Origin: Candidatus Omnitrophota bacterium
GTDB lineage: Bacteria; Omnitrophota; Gorgyraeia; Zapsychrales; Zapsychraceae
Reading direction: 5' to 3'
Assembly (NCBI GenBank): GCA_023247445.1
Contig: JAHFGL010000007.1
Coordinates: 17,910-81,909, forward strand
Length of the DNA: 64,000 nucleotides
The notes under the pieces are model-generated. The model searched no databases and had not been told where the DNA came from. It saw only the letters and a program-made list of their open reading frames with translations. The translations under genes and the position numbers were made by a program. Shown piece after piece: positions 38,049-49,014 of this stretch; positions within the stretch are counted from its first letter, which is position 1; each line of letters begins with the position of its first letter.

Positions 38049-39170
38049 CTATGTTAACGATGATCCATATTTTGTTAAGAAATCTTTCTTAAATTCCTGA
38101 TAGCGATCGACTTTAATCGCCTCACGAATTTGCCGCATTAAATTAACATAAAAATAAACGTTGTGGTATGAAATTAGCTTTAAGCCTAAAATTTCATTCA
38201 TATTAGTTAGATGGCGAATATAACTACGGCTATAACGTTTACAAACCACACATGCACAAGAATCATCAATGGGGCCAAAATCTTGCGCGTGCTCACCGTT
38301 ACGAACAACGACCCTTCCTCGGCTGGTAAAGGCGGTGCCGTTTCGACCAAATCGCGTTGGAATACACGTATCAAACATATCGATGCCATCGCCAACAGCT
38401 TTAACGATTTGATCTGGATAACCGATTCCCATAAAATATCGCGGTTTATCATCTGGCAAAAGTGGTTCAACCCAATCGAGCGTTTCAAACATTAAATCAA
38501 CCGGCTCACCAACACTGACCCCACCAATGGCGTAACCATCAAAGCCGACATCAAGAATGGCCCTGGCGGACTCTTCACGAAGATCTTTAAACGTCGCGCC
38601 TTGAATGATTCCTAATAAATGCTGTTTCTGATTCATCTGATTTTTCAAAAAATATTCACGTGAACGCTTGGCCCAAAGCGTTGTTCGCTCGACAGATTTC
38701 TTTGCTTCCTTGTATTCACAAGGATATGGCGCGCATTCATCAAGCGGCATGATCATATCAGATCCTAGAATGTGCTCGATTCTCATTACTTCTTCTGGTG
38801 TAAAAAAACATAACGAACCATCGACATGCGAACGAAACTCAACGCCTTCATCTGTAATCTTTCTAAATTTGGTCAGGCTAAAAACCTGATAGCCACCGCT
38901 GTCAGTTAACATCGGCCGATCCCAACTGATAAATTTATGCAGGCCGCCGGCCTTTTCGATAACATCCATTCCTGGGCGTAAAAATAAATGATAGGTGTTC
39001 GATAACATTATCTGCGCATCAAACTCTCGTAGGTCTTCACACGAAAGTGTCTTAACAGACCCGTTGGTTCCAACTGGCATAAAAAATGGTGATTCAATTT
39101 TGCCGTGGGCGGTTGTAACAATCCCTAACCGTGCCTTTGTATTCTTTTCTTTCTTTAAGAGTTGAAACAT
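38049..39170 (-). CDS. tgt: tRNA-guanine transglycosylase
   Basis: [29 protein letters not shown], CxCxxC zinc site. Confidence 0.98.
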   Translation of the reverse strand: MFQLLKKEKNTKARLGIVTTAHGKIESPFFMPVGTNGSVKTLSCEDLREFDAQIMLSNTYHLFLRPGMDVIEKAGGLHKFISWDRPMLTDSGGYQVFSLTKFRKITDEGVEFRSHVDGSLCFFTPEEVMRIEHILGSDMIMPLDECAPYPCEYKEAKKSVERTTLWAKRSREYFLKNQMNQKQHLLGIIQGATFKDLREESARAILDVGFDGYAIGGVSVGEPVDLMFETLDWVEPLLPDDKPRYFMGIGYPDQIVKAVGDGIDMFDTCIPTRFGRNGTAFTSRGRVVVRNGEHAQDFGPIDDSCACVVCKRYSRSYIRHLTNMNEILGLKLISYHNVYFYVNLMRQIREAIKVDRYQEFKKDFLTKYGSSLT

Positions 39171-39177
39171 ATTTCTC

Positions 39178-40188
39178 CTAGATAATCATCATGGCATCGC
39201 CATAACTAAAAAATCGATATTTCTGGGCAACCGCCTCTTGATAAGCCTTGGTCATTAATTCTTTTCCGCCAAAAGCGTAAACCAACATTAAAAGTGTACT
39301 AAAAGGAAGATGAAAATTCGTAATCAAAATATCCGTCATTTTAAACTTAAATCCAGGATAAGCAAACAAATTACTACTTCCCTCTAATATTTTATTCTGC
39401 GCCACTGTTTCAAGAACACGGCAACTGGTCGTCCCAACCGCGACAACTTTTTGCCCTTTATCTTTTAACGAATTTATTTTCTTCCAACTCTGCGGGCTAA
39501 CAACGTAATCCTCATAATGAATTTTATGTTTGGTAATATCCTCTTCTTCAACGGGTTTAAAGGTTGCATAATTAATATGTAGTGTTACATGCTGAACTTT
39601 ATGTCCCGCTGCTTTAATCTTTTTCAACAAACCATCGGTAAAATGCAACCCCGCCGTTGGTGACGCGACCGATCCAGCTTTCTTGGCAAAAATTGTCTGA
39701 TAATAATCTTTATCTAAATCTTGATCTTCTCTTTTAATATAAGGAGGCAATGGGATGTGGCCAATGGCATTTAGATGCCGCTGCATCGCTTTTCGATTAA
39801 ATCGAACCAACCGTTTTTCTTTATCAATAATTTCAGCCTTGACCGTACTCTTAGGAAAAACAACATACTCGCCTACTTTTAATTTCCGTAGCGGTCGAAT
39901 CAAAGTTTCATAAGTATACCCGTCTGATAGCTTTTTTAACAAAAATATTTCAACACGGCCGCCTGTTTTTTCACGGTGGCCTAAAAGTCGAGCCGGAACA
40001 ACTTTTGTGTCGTTAAGAACAAAACAACACTGTGGGGGAAGATATTTCCCAAGATTACAAAATCGATCATGAACAATGGTCGCCTTGCGACGATCAATAA
40101 TCATCAGCCGCGCTTGATCTCTTTTCTTTAGAGGATATTGGGCAATGAGTTCTTCTGGCAGGTTGTAATCAAACTCACTTAATCGCAC
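39178..40188 (-). CDS. queA: S-adenosylmethionine:tRNA ribosyltransferase-isomerase
   Basis: LPEELIAQ, PLPPYI, YQT, PTAGLHF, VGTTS, TNFHLP, FFSYGDAM; GTG start. Confidence 0.98.
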   Translation of the reverse strand: MRLSEFDYNLPEELIAQYPLKKRDQARLMIIDRRKATIVHDRFCNLGKYLPPQCCFVLNDTKVVPARLLGHREKTGGRVEIFLLKKLSDGYTYETLIRPLRKLKVGEYVVFPKSTVKAEIIDKEKRLVRFNRKAMQRHLNAIGHIPLPPYIKREDQDLDKDYYQTIFAKKAGSVASPTAGLHFTDGLLKKIKAAGHKVQHVTLHINYATFKPVEEEDITKHKIHYEDYVVSPQSWKKINSLKDKGQKVVAVGTTSCRVLETVAQNKILEGSSNLFAYPGFKFKMTDILITNFHLPFSTLLMLVYAFGGKELMTKAYQEAVAQKYRFFSYGDAMMII

Positions 40189-40265
40189 AAAAAATTCCTC
40201 CCTTCGGTCGGAAAATCTTTTTTGCTGTGTAGGGTTTAGAAAAGGAATTTTTAGCAGTTTCTGAG

Positions 40266-41465
40266 TTAATATTTTCCTACACTGTTGAAGAAATCATTCA
40301 GTTGGACAATTTCAGCCGCGGGATAATAAAAATTTAGGATGTCTTGATACTTAAATTTCTGACGAGACATTTCGTACGCGCCCCACTGACAAAAGCCGAC
40401 ACCATGGCCCCATCCCTTACCAGCAAAATCAACATAGTAACCTTTCATCATAATCTCATAATTATTGCTCTTGATCAGATTCGGCCCCATAATTTCTCGA
40501 AACTTTCGTCCAGCAATTGTAAGAACAGCATTATCTCTTGTTGTGATCTTAATTAATTTAATACGACCGCTCTCATTACGCTCCATAACGGCCATGTCTT
40601 TAATTAACCCCACTTTAAAGCCAGCCTCCATTAACTTATCCTGAATATCTTTAAGACGAAGATTTTTTGTCCAATAATAATTCGGCGCCGTATGACAATA
40701 GGGACAACTAACACCTTTAAGCGGCTCAAGATCACCTTGCGGCCATAACTCATTAACATCTTCTGTGTGTCCACCACAATTGGAATGAAAATACGCTGGA
40801 AGAATATTGCCCTTATAAATTAGAATTTCTCCTTTGGTCCGATCAGCGGCAATATTCGTTCGATAACGTTCAGCACTTCGTCCGCCATAAACTTGGGAAT
40901 AAATATTGCTCGTTACATCAAAGGATTGATTCTTATTTGCTTTCGCCTGATACAAAGCATAAGTTCGTACCGCAACCGCCTGAGCCCTCATCGCCTCGAT
41001 AGGCCAGCGATGAGAAACCTCATGATACAACACGCCTTTGACATACAATTCCAAATCAATGGTGTTAACAACAAGAAACTTATTATATTGATCAAGGACA
41101 ATGTCAATGGCCCCTCGATAACGAACAGATTTATCTTTAATGACAACGGTTACATCTTTTTTGGCAACAATACGTATTTGTTTTAAAGAATAAAATTGTT
41201 GGTCAATGGTGATCCCACTTTTTTCTGCTTTAACAATAACCTTAGGTAATGATCTACCGGTCATTATTTTCTTTTCAGTTATAGGATCAACAATCTGATA
41301 CTCTCCTCGAATCGACAAATTAAACTGATTTACATCGCTTAAAATCGCGACTCTAATGAGCGGATTTGCCGATAGGCTAGATGAAGAATTAGCCTGATAT
41401 CCCTGGAAAAGAAAAGTTCCCAGAATGCATCCTAAAATGAAGAATTTCGTTATTTTCGATTCCAT
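40266..41465 (-). CDS. SpoIID/LytB domain peptidoglycan lytic transglycosylase-like protein
   Basis: YRG...LELYVKGVLYHEV, AQAVAVRTYA, SQVYGG, GWGHGVGFCQWGA. Confidence 0.92.
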   Translation of the reverse strand: MESKITKFFILGCILGTFLFQGYQANSSSSLSANPLIRVAILSDVNQFNLSIRGEYQIVDPITEKKIMTGRSLPKVIVKAEKSGITIDQQFYSLKQIRIVAKKDVTVVIKDKSVRYRGAIDIVLDQYNKFLVVNTIDLELYVKGVLYHEVSHRWPIEAMRAQAVAVRTYALYQAKANKNQSFDVTSNIYSQVYGGRSAERYRTNIAADRTKGEILIYKGNILPAYFHSNCGGHTEDVNELWPQGDLEPLKGVSCPYCHTAPNYYWTKNLRLKDIQDKLMEAGFKVGLIKDMAVMERNESGRIKLIKITTRDNAVLTIAGRKFREIMGPNLIKSNNYEIMMKGYYVDFAGKGWGHGVGFCQWGAYEMSRQKFKYQDILNFYYPAAEIVQLNDFFNSVGKY

Positions 41466-41665
41466 ATCAAGAGAATGAGACTAAAAATAATGCTGATGAG
41501 GATGCTCGTTGTGATGGGAAGAAAGAAAGTGAAATTATCTTTCTTGATGAAGATATCCCCTGGAAGTTTACCAATCCACGGAATCTTGCCAGAAAAACTC
41601 AAAAGTATTCCAACGGCAACAAGAATTACACCACCAAGTATAAGAGTCTTACTTATTTCTACCAT
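41450..41665 (-). CDS. DUF2905 family membrane protein
   Basis: GKLPGDI...FFLPITTSILIS. Confidence 0.9.
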   Translation of the reverse strand: MVEISKTLILGGVILVAVGILLSFSGKIPWIGKLPGDIFIKKDNFTFFLPITTSILISIIFSLILLIWNRK

Positions 41666-41674
41666 GTTTAAATT

Positions 41675-42004
41675 TTATTGAAATAATGTCTTAATTTTGG
41701 CTGAATTAAAATAGTAAATAGTAAATCCATTGATGGCGATGCTTATGAAGGCAACGACAATTGGAAAGCCACCCAATATCCCAAGAATTAAAACCAAGAT
41801 GTTTAGCGAGAGAAATATCGTTAGTCCTAATGGGGCCCATGATTTAAACTTATAAACAGACCAAAATATAAAAAATCCACCAAGACCAATAAGGATATTA
41901 AAATAATCGTGGCCCACCCATCCCGCGGCAATATTTCGTAAGGAACCAATACAGCCTAATCCTAAAAGAACCTGCGCCAAAATCGGCCAACGTTTTAAAT
42001 CCAT
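41675..42004 (-). CDS. Hypothetical four-TM membrane protein
   Basis: Hydrophobic ORF with GGAG RBS filling the ruvB-DUF2905 gap. Confidence 0.7.
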   Translation of the reverse strand: MDLKRWPILAQVLLGLGCIGSLRNIAAGWVGHDYFNILIGLGGFFIFWSVYKFKSWAPLGLTIFLSLNILVLILGILGGFPIVVAFISIAINGFTIYYFNSAKIKTLFQ

Positions 42005-42028
42005 GAGCTCTCCGCTAAAAACATATTA

Positions 42029-43048
42029 TTAAAATAGAACATTATCCCCTTTTTTCGCTCCAATATGTTGAACGGCAGCAGGTGATAATTCTCGTCCACG
42101 TTGAGTTCTTTTTAAAAATCCAATCTTTAAAAGATATGGCTCAATGACGTCAACAAGAGTATCGACTTCTTCATTGAGTGTTGCGGCTAAGGTTTCAATG
42201 CCAACGGGTCCACCTTTATAAATGCGATGCATCGCCTCCATCAAGCGGCGATCAATATCATCTAAACCGATTTCATCAATCCGCAGTGTTTTCATGGCCT
42301 CAATAACAATACTCTTTTCAACCTTTTTCTCTGATGACTTAACCTGGACATAATCACGTACACGACGTAGCAATCGATTAGCAATGCGTGGCGTTCCACG
42401 AGATCGCTGCGCAATCTCTAACGCAGCATCCGGTGAAATGGCGACATTTAATTTCTGAGCGGATTTAGTCACAATCGCTGTTAATTCTTCCGGAGCATAA
42501 AACTCTAAATGATGAAAAATTCCAAACCGATCGCGCAGTGGAGAGGCTAAAAGACCGCTGCGGGTCGTTGCGCCAATTAAGGTAAACGGTTTTAAATTAA
42601 AATTAATGGTCTTCGCATACGGCCCTTTATCCACAACAAAATCAATTTTAAAACTTTCCATGGCCGGGTAAAGAAACTCCTCAACTACTTTTGATAATCG
42701 ATGAATTTCATCGATGAATAGAACATCACCAACCTCAAGACTAGTTAAAATTCCAATTAAATCACCCGCGCGTTCAATCGCCGGACCTGATGTAATTGTA
42801 ATCCGGGCCCCCATTTCTTGAGCCACAATATTGGCCAGGGTTGTTTTTCCTAGTCCCGGCGGCCCAGAAAATAAAACATGTTCAATAGGTTCCTTACGCT
42901 GTTTGGCGGCTTTAATGGAAACGAGAAGATTATTAATGACATCTTTTTGTCCCACAAAATCATCAATCTTCGATGGGCGTAGCGAAATGCTATAAACCTG
43001 ATCTTCGTCTGTTTCCTGACTGAAAATAATCTTTCGCTTTTCTTCCAT
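42029..43048 (-). CDS. ruvB: Holliday junction branch migration helicase RuvB
   Basis: SLRP, GPPGLGKTT, FIDEIHR, GATTR, RGTPRIANRLLRRVRD. Confidence 0.98.
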   Translation of the reverse strand: MEEKRKIIFSQETDEDQVYSISLRPSKIDDFVGQKDVINNLLVSIKAAKQRKEPIEHVLFSGPPGLGKTTLANIVAQEMGARITITSGPAIERAGDLIGILTSLEVGDVLFIDEIHRLSKVVEEFLYPAMESFKIDFVVDKGPYAKTINFNLKPFTLIGATTRSGLLASPLRDRFGIFHHLEFYAPEELTAIVTKSAQKLNVAISPDAALEIAQRSRGTPRIANRLLRRVRDYVQVKSSEKKVEKSIVIEAMKTLRIDEIGLDDIDRRLMEAMHRIYKGGPVGIETLAATLNEEVDTLVDVIEPYLLKIGFLKRTQRGRELSPAAVQHIGAKKGDNVLF

Positions 43049-43061
43049 GTCGAAAAAGCCT

Positions 43062-43940
43062 TTAAGATGACGGTGGTGTTTGCTCTGGGGGCTGTTGTGA
43101 AGTTTCTTCTGAAGATTGTTCTAAGCTTTGCTCTAAATTTTGTTGCGAGTTCTGTTGAGCGGATTGTTCTAGAATTTGTTCTGAGGATTGATCTGTCGGC
43201 TCGTTGGCCGGGGCAATGTTTTCTTTGTTGCGAAGAACTTCTATTTCACCAAAAGTTTTCTTTTGAACAATTTTAATTTCTTTAAGACGAATAAGTTCAA
43301 GGACGCCTAAAAATGTAACAATAATTTCTGTCTTACTTCTGGCCTTACCAAAAAGTTCATTAAGCATAATCGACGGTCGATCAAGAAGGAAATGCAGGAT
43401 GTCGTGAATCTTTTGTTCAACCGTATGTTCTTCTTTGATAATCTCATGGATAACTTCTTCCGGAAGCTTCTTGAGCGCATCTGTAAGGGCGGTAATCAAA
43501 TCAAAAAGATTGGCTTCAAAATAAACTTCCTTGGCCTCTTCTTTTAATTGATTCATCTTATCAACATCAACAACACGGGCAAAAAGATCTCGTCGGTCGC
43601 CTTCTTTACCATGCAACACTTCAGCAATTTCTTTAAATTGTTTATATTCTAAAAGACGGCGAACCAATTCATCACGGGGATCAAGCTCTTCTTGTTCCAC
43701 TTCGCTTGGATCTGGTGGAAGAAGCATCTTTGATTTAATTTGCATCAAGGTCGCTGCCATGACTAAAAAGTCGCCCACAAAATCAAGATCGAGCATCTTC
43801 ATCATCTCGATATATTGCAAATACTGTTCTGTAATCTTTGTGATCGGAATGTCCGCAATATCAATGTCATCTTTTTTAATCAAATACAACAAAAGATCAA
43901 GCGGCCCTTCAAAAATATCTAAATTTAATTTATAGCTCAT
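43062..43940 (-). CDS. scpA: Segregation and condensation protein A (kleisin) with a Gln/Glu-rich tail
   Basis: FEGPLDLLLYLI, FLVMAATLMQIKSKMLLP, TFLGVLEL. Confidence 0.95.
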   Translation of the reverse strand: MSYKLNLDIFEGPLDLLLYLIKKDDIDIADIPITKITEQYLQYIEMMKMLDLDFVGDFLVMAATLMQIKSKMLLPPDPSEVEQEELDPRDELVRRLLEYKQFKEIAEVLHGKEGDRRDLFARVVDVDKMNQLKEEAKEVYFEANLFDLITALTDALKKLPEEVIHEIIKEEHTVEQKIHDILHFLLDRPSIMLNELFGKARSKTEIIVTFLGVLELIRLKEIKIVQKKTFGEIEVLRNKENIAPANEPTDQSSEQILEQSAQQNSQQNLEQSLEQSSEETSQQPPEQTPPSS

Positions 43941-44917
43941 TTAAAAATCACCTCTTTAACTTCCTCTATTGTCTTTTTGGCCATGACACTGGCTTTCTTA
44001 CGACCAGCTTCTAGAATATCACGAACACGATCTTTGTCTTTAACTAATTTTTCTCTTTTTTCGCGAATCGGCTCTAAATACTTTACTAAATGTTCTGCTA
44101 ATATTTTCTTACAATCCGTACATCCCTTTTGCGCTTTGGTACACCATTCATAGACGGCCTCTTTTTGGCCAGGCGCAAAGACTTCATAATAAGTATACAC
44201 ATTACATTCTTCGGGATGCCCAGGATCTGAGAGCTTAATTCTTTTTGGATCCGTAAACATCATCTTTACTTTCTTTTCAATATCATCTTTTGAATCAGAA
44301 AGATTAATCGCATTTTGATAACTTTTACTCATCTTACGGCCATCTAGACCTAAAAGACGTGGGGTTTGCGTTAGGATAGCTTCGCAGTCAGTAAAAACTT
44401 CCTTTTTGAAAATATGATTAAATCGACGAGAAATCTCGCGTGTAAGTTCTAGATGGGGAAGCTGATCTTCACCGATAGGAACAAGATTCGCTTTATAAAG
44501 AAGAATATCGGCCGCCTGTAAAACCGGGTAACCCAAAAAAGCAAAGGTTTGCAAATCGCGGGTCGTAATCTCGCGCAACTGTTCTTTGTAGGTAGGATTT
44601 CGCTCAAGCCACCCAAGCGGCGTCAAGCATCCTAAAATCATCGCGAGTTCTAAATGTTCAGGAACTTGCGATTGAACAAAAAGTGTCGATTTATCTGGAT
44701 CAATCCCGCAGGCAAGCCAATCAATAGCCATATCCATGATATTTGCATTTATATCATGAGATTGTTCATACTCACCCATAAATGCATGCCAATCAACAAT
44801 GGAAAATATACAAGGATATTTTTGTTGCAGCTCAAGCCAATTGCTTAAAGCCCCAACCAAATGGCCTAAATGTAATTTGCCGGTGGGACGCATGCCGCTA
44901 AAGACAATCTTTCTCAT
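43937..44917 (-). CDS. trpS: Tryptophan--tRNA ligase
   Basis: SGMRPTGKLHLGH, YPVLQAADIL, GEDQ, KMSKS. Confidence 0.98.
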   Translation of the reverse strand: MRKIVFSGMRPTGKLHLGHLVGALSNWLELQQKYPCIFSIVDWHAFMGEYEQSHDINANIMDMAIDWLACGIDPDKSTLFVQSQVPEHLELAMILGCLTPLGWLERNPTYKEQLREITTRDLQTFAFLGYPVLQAADILLYKANLVPIGEDQLPHLELTREISRRFNHIFKKEVFTDCEAILTQTPRLLGLDGRKMSKSYQNAINLSDSKDDIEKKVKMMFTDPKRIKLSDPGHPEECNVYTYYEVFAPGQKEAVYEWCTKAQKGCTDCKKILAEHLVKYLEPIREKREKLVKDKDRVRDILEAGRKKASVMAKKTIEEVKEVIFK

Positions 44918-47310
44918 AACTTTTGGGCAATCGATTCGATCTCGTAAACTTCGATGATATCGCCAGGTTGGATTTTATCAAAACCGCTCAAAGTAATACC
45001 GCACTCCATTCCTTCCATAACATCCTTCACATCGTCTTTAAATCGCTTTAAAGAATTGATGGTTCCTGAGTAAACAATTTCTTCATTACGGACGACATCA
45101 ATGTTCGCTTTACGTTGAACGCGGCCTTTGGTGACGTAACATCCAGCGATGATTCCTTTGGTCAATTTGAAAACCTCACGAATCTCAACGCGGCTAATAT
45201 ACTTTTTCTTCGTTTTAGCTTCAAGTAAACCTTCCAACGCGTTATGCATATCATTAACCGCATCATAAATAATTCGATATTTACGGATATCAACCGGTTG
45301 CTTTTCTAACTCTTGTTTGGCGCGGACATCAATATCTACGTGAAACGCGATAATGATAGCTGTTGAGGCGGAAGCCAAAAGAACATCTGAGGCATTCACA
45401 TCGCCAACTCCCGAATGGATAAATCGCAACTTAACTTTATCATTAGGAATTTTCTCCAATGAGTCTTTAAGCGCCTCCATCGATCCCTGCACATCCGCCT
45501 TTAAAATCACGCGCAATTCTTTAAGCGCCCCTTTTTGAATCTGGGCGTATAAATCTTCAAGAGTAATTTTACTGCCGGCCTGCAATTTTTGATTCTTTAA
45601 TTGTTCTTCGCGTTTTCTGGTAATTTCACGAGCACGTTGTTCATTTTCAACCACATAAAAAGATTCACCAGCAATGGGAACTTCTGGCAATCCTAAAATT
45701 TCAATAGGTGTTGATGGTGTTGCTTCTTTAATCGCACGGTGATGATCATCAAACATTGCTTTGACTTTTCCATACCGTGGGCCAACTGTAATATAATCAC
45801 CTTCTTTTAACGTTCCGCTTTGAACGATCAAGGTTGCAACAACCCCACGTCCACCACTTAAATTTGCGTCAACAATAATTCCCGATGCTTTCTTCTCATA
45901 ATTAGCTTTTAATTCAAGAAGTTCTGCTTCCAAAAGAATCATTTCTAAAAGATTGTCAATCCCCTCACCTGTGGTTGCTGAAACGCCAGCCACAACAGTT
46001 TTCCCTCCCCAATCTTCCGGATTTAATCCGATCTCCATTAATTGTTTTTTGATGACATCGGGTTGTGCATTTCGTTTATCAATTTTATTTAAGGCAACAA
46101 TGATGGGAACATCCGCGGCATGAGCATGATCAATCGCTTCTTTTGTCTGAGGCATAACTCCCTCATCAGCAGCGACAACCAAGACAACCAAGTCGGTGAT
46201 GTGCGCTCCACGAGCCCGCATCGCGGTAAAGGCCTCATGGCCAGGAGTATCAAGAAACGTGATGCGACCTTTGGGAATATTAACAGAATACGCGCCAATG
46301 TGCTGAGTGATTCCCCCATGTTCTGAATCGGCAACTTTACTTTTTCGAATCCGATCTAGTAGAGAAGTTTTTCCATGATCAACGTGCCCCATAAACGTAA
46401 CGACAGGTGGACGTTGTTTTAAAAGTTTGGGATCTTCATCTTCTTTTTTATGATCTTGAATTAACTGCTCTTCTTGGGTCTTGACCTTGGCTAAATTAAA
46501 TCCAAAATCTTTTAAAATCTTACTGACAATTTCTTCATCTAAACCCTGGTTGATATGCGCAAAAATTCCCATCTTCATCAACTCTTTGAGAATGGCCGCA
46601 GGCTTTTGTTGTAATTTCAAACTTAAATTTTTAACACTGATAGGAACATCAACTTCTAAATCTTGTAAAACAATTTCTCGTGTGATTTTTTCTTCGCCGA
46701 GCGCTCCTGTCGCAGCCAATTGATCAGATGTTTGAGTGGTTCCTAAAGGTAACCCCGTTGATGATGTTGTCGACGCTCCTTGCGAATAACCAAATCCACC
46801 CGTCCTTTGTTCTGGGCCACCCTTTTTTCGTTTCCGCGCCAACGGTTTAAGCGTAATGATCGGTTCTCTGCTAATTTTAGTTTTAAGTCGCGGCGGTTCA
46901 ACAATGGGAGCCTTTTCTTTTGGAGGAGGCGGTGGTGGAGCTGGGGCCTTCTTTATTTCTTCCTTAACCTCAGGAGCTTTTTCTTTTACCTTAACTTCTT
47001 TGGGCTTAACTTCCTTTGCCTTTACTTCATCCGCTTTTTTAGTTGTCTTGCTAGGTTTGGCTTCTTTTTCGGCGGCCTTCTTTGTTTTTTTGGCAGGGAT
47101 TTTCTTTGCCTCTTTGGCGGATTCTTCTTTTTTACTCGGTGACGCTGGAGCCTTAACTTTTAATTTACTTAATTCACTTTTTAAGACGGACATAACGGCA
47201 GGACTTAAATCCTGATTACCATCAACCGCTTTTAATCGTAAAGATTTAAGCGTCTTTAAAATGATTTCATTTGTCGTCTTATACTGTTCTGCGATTTCGG
47301 AAACTTTCAT
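44914..47310 (-). CDS. infB: Translation initiation factor IF-2
   Basis: [46 protein letters not shown]. Confidence 0.98.
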   Translation of the reverse strand: MKVSEIAEQYKTTNEIILKTLKSLRLKAVDGNQDLSPAVMSVLKSELSKLKVKAPASPSKKEESAKEAKKIPAKKTKKAAEKEAKPSKTTKKADEVKAKEVKPKEVKVKEKAPEVKEEIKKAPAPPPPPPKEKAPIVEPPRLKTKISREPIITLKPLARKRKKGGPEQRTGGFGYSQGASTTSSTGLPLGTTQTSDQLAATGALGEEKITREIVLQDLEVDVPISVKNLSLKLQQKPAAILKELMKMGIFAHINQGLDEEIVSKILKDFGFNLAKVKTQEEQLIQDHKKEDEDPKLLKQRPPVVTFMGHVDHGKTSLLDRIRKSKVADSEHGGITQHIGAYSVNIPKGRITFLDTPGHEAFTAMRARGAHITDLVVLVVAADEGVMPQTKEAIDHAHAADVPIIVALNKIDKRNAQPDVIKKQLMEIGLNPEDWGGKTVVAGVSATTGEGIDNLLEMILLEAELLELKANYEKKASGIIVDANLSGGRGVVATLIVQSGTLKEGDYITVGPRYGKVKAMFDDHHRAIKEATPSTPIEILGLPEVPIAGESFYVVENEQRAREITRKREEQLKNQKLQAGSKITLEDLYAQIQKGALKELRVILKADVQGSMEALKDSLEKIPNDKVKLRFIHSGVGDVNASDVLLASASTAIIIAFHVDIDVRAKQELEKQPVDIRKYRIIYDAVNDMHNALEGLLEAKTKKKYISRVEIREVFKLTKGIIAGCYVTKGRVQRKANIDVVRNEEIVYSGTINSLKRFKDDVKDVMEGMECGITLSGFDKIQPGDIIEVYEIESIAQKL

Positions 47311-47316
47311 ATATAA

Positions 47317-48537
47317 TTATCCCTTGCCTTTACCTTTTTTGAGAAAGGCTTGAGCTTCTTCGATGATTGATTGAGCCTTGATTTTACCTAATCCCTTTAT
47401 TTGTGTCAATTCTTCAACTTCAGCCTTGGCGACCTTTTCCAAAGTATCAAATCCATTTTCCATTAACTGGGCCACCATTTTTGGTCCAACCCCATTAATC
47501 TGCGAAAGTGGACTATTCGCCATTTCTTCTTTTTTTGCTGTCTTACCTTGTTCTTCAGCAGCATCATCTTTATCTTGTTGATCTTGCAATTCTTTCCATT
47601 GATCAAAAGAGAAAATATCTAATTCCCAGCCAACAAGCTTGCTAGCTAAACGAACGTTTTGTCCATGGCGACCAATGGCTAAAGAAAGCTGGTCATTGGC
47701 AACAATGATATTTGCCTTTTTCTCATCATAACTGAGTTGAATCTGAGAAATTTCAGCCGGAGAAAGCGCCGCCTGAATATATTCCTTAATGTCATCCGCA
47801 TAACGAACAATATCAATCTTTTCACCATGCAGTTCGGAGACAATGTTCTTAACACGTGAGCCGCGCATTCCAACACAGGCTCCAACACAGTCGATCTTTT
47901 CATCTTTGGAGTAAACGGCGATCTTCGTTCTTTCTCCAACATCACGAGAAATCGATTTGACCTCCACAATCCCCTCATAAATTTCTGGGACTTCCAGTTC
48001 AAAGAGACGTTTGACAAAACTTGGATGGGCTCTGGAGAGAATAATTTGCAGGCCCTTATTATCACGTTGTATATCCAAAACATAAACGCGGATGCGATCA
48101 CCCTGATGGAATTCTTCACGGCTGGATTGTTCGCGGCGAGGCAAAAGCCCTTCCGTTTTCCCTAAATCAATAATAAGGTTTCCTTTTTCAAAGCGATAAA
48201 CACTACCGCTGATAATTTCTCCAACCCGAGCTTGGAATTCTGTGAAGATAACATCCTTTTCTGCCTCGCGGATCTTCTGAATAACAACTTGCTTCGCTGT
48301 TTGGGCCGCAATTCTTCCGAATTCACTGGAACGAATTTCTTGATCGCCGGCATAGGCAATAATTTTTCCCGTTTTTCTGTTTAAGACGACTTTAACATCT
48401 TCGTCTTTATCAACGGTCCATAATTTCTTTGCGGCCGAGGCCACCGCTGATTCAACTGCGGCAATCAGGATCTCTTTGTTAATCCCCTTATCTCGCTCTA
48501 ACTGTTCCAAAATAGTTAATAATTCATTATTTTCCAT
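47317..48537 (-). CDS. nusA: Transcription termination/antitermination factor NusA
   Basis: FGRIAAQTAKQV, S1/KH domains, GACVGMRG, LAIGRHGQNVRLA, C-terminal HhH. Confidence 0.98.
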   Translation of the reverse strand: MENNELLTILEQLERDKGINKEILIAAVESAVASAAKKLWTVDKDEDVKVVLNRKTGKIIAYAGDQEIRSSEFGRIAAQTAKQVVIQKIREAEKDVIFTEFQARVGEIISGSVYRFEKGNLIIDLGKTEGLLPRREQSSREEFHQGDRIRVYVLDIQRDNKGLQIILSRAHPSFVKRLFELEVPEIYEGIVEVKSISRDVGERTKIAVYSKDEKIDCVGACVGMRGSRVKNIVSELHGEKIDIVRYADDIKEYIQAALSPAEISQIQLSYDEKKANIIVANDQLSLAIGRHGQNVRLASKLVGWELDIFSFDQWKELQDQQDKDDAAEEQGKTAKKEEMANSPLSQINGVGPKMVAQLMENGFDTLEKVAKAEVEELTQIKGLGKIKAQSIIEEAQAFLKKGKGKG

Positions 48538-48557
48538 AAAATGTCCTTCCTTTAATC

Positions 48558-49013
48558 TTAGATAATTACTACAGCTTTGTGAATAATGTTAAGTGGAATT
48601 GCAATCTCGGCCTGTTTCGTTTGAACCATGATATTGTCAACTTGAGCGTCCATCACAACTCCCATGTATTCCTTCTTATTGTTTAAAAAATCCGATAGAT
48701 GAAAGCGAACCGGTTGCCCAATTATTCTTAAAAAATCTTTGTACGTTTTAAGAGGTCGATCTAACCCCGGCGATGAAACTTCGATTTCACAATCACCGGC
48801 GATAACTTTTCCTTCTTCAATTTTGTTCGCAATTTGACGATTAACGAAAGTGCATTCATCAAGAGTAATCCCGCCTCGCTCCCGGTCTGTTAAAATCTGA
48901 ATGTGAACCGTTCCTTGATAAGGCCGAACATTTAATTCAACCAGTTCAACATGCGCCTCTTGGAGTATCGGCATAAGTAGTTCTCTAATGGTTTGTTCAA
49001 CTTCCATTTCCAT
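48558..49013 (-). CDS. rimP: Ribosome maturation factor RimP
   Basis: GITLDEC, EVSSPGLDRPL; upstream of nusA. Confidence 0.95.
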   Translation of the reverse strand: MEMEVEQTIRELLMPILQEAHVELVELNVRPYQGTVHIQILTDRERGGITLDECTFVNRQIANKIEEGKVIAGDCEIEVSSPGLDRPLKTYKDFLRIIGQPVRFHLSDFLNNKKEYMGVVMDAQVDNIMVQTKQAEIAIPLNIIHKAVVII

Positions 49014-49014
49014 A

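Noticed and set aside
38049-43048. ruvB-DUF2905-spoIID-queA-tgt cluster as a new system or a sign of sporulation
   Set aside because: This neighbourhood is widely conserved, and SpoIID/LytB domains are common in non-sporulating bacteria
46780-47160. Lys/Ala/Glu/Pro-rich repetitive stretch in infB
   Set aside because: Ordinary low-complexity IF2 N-terminal linker
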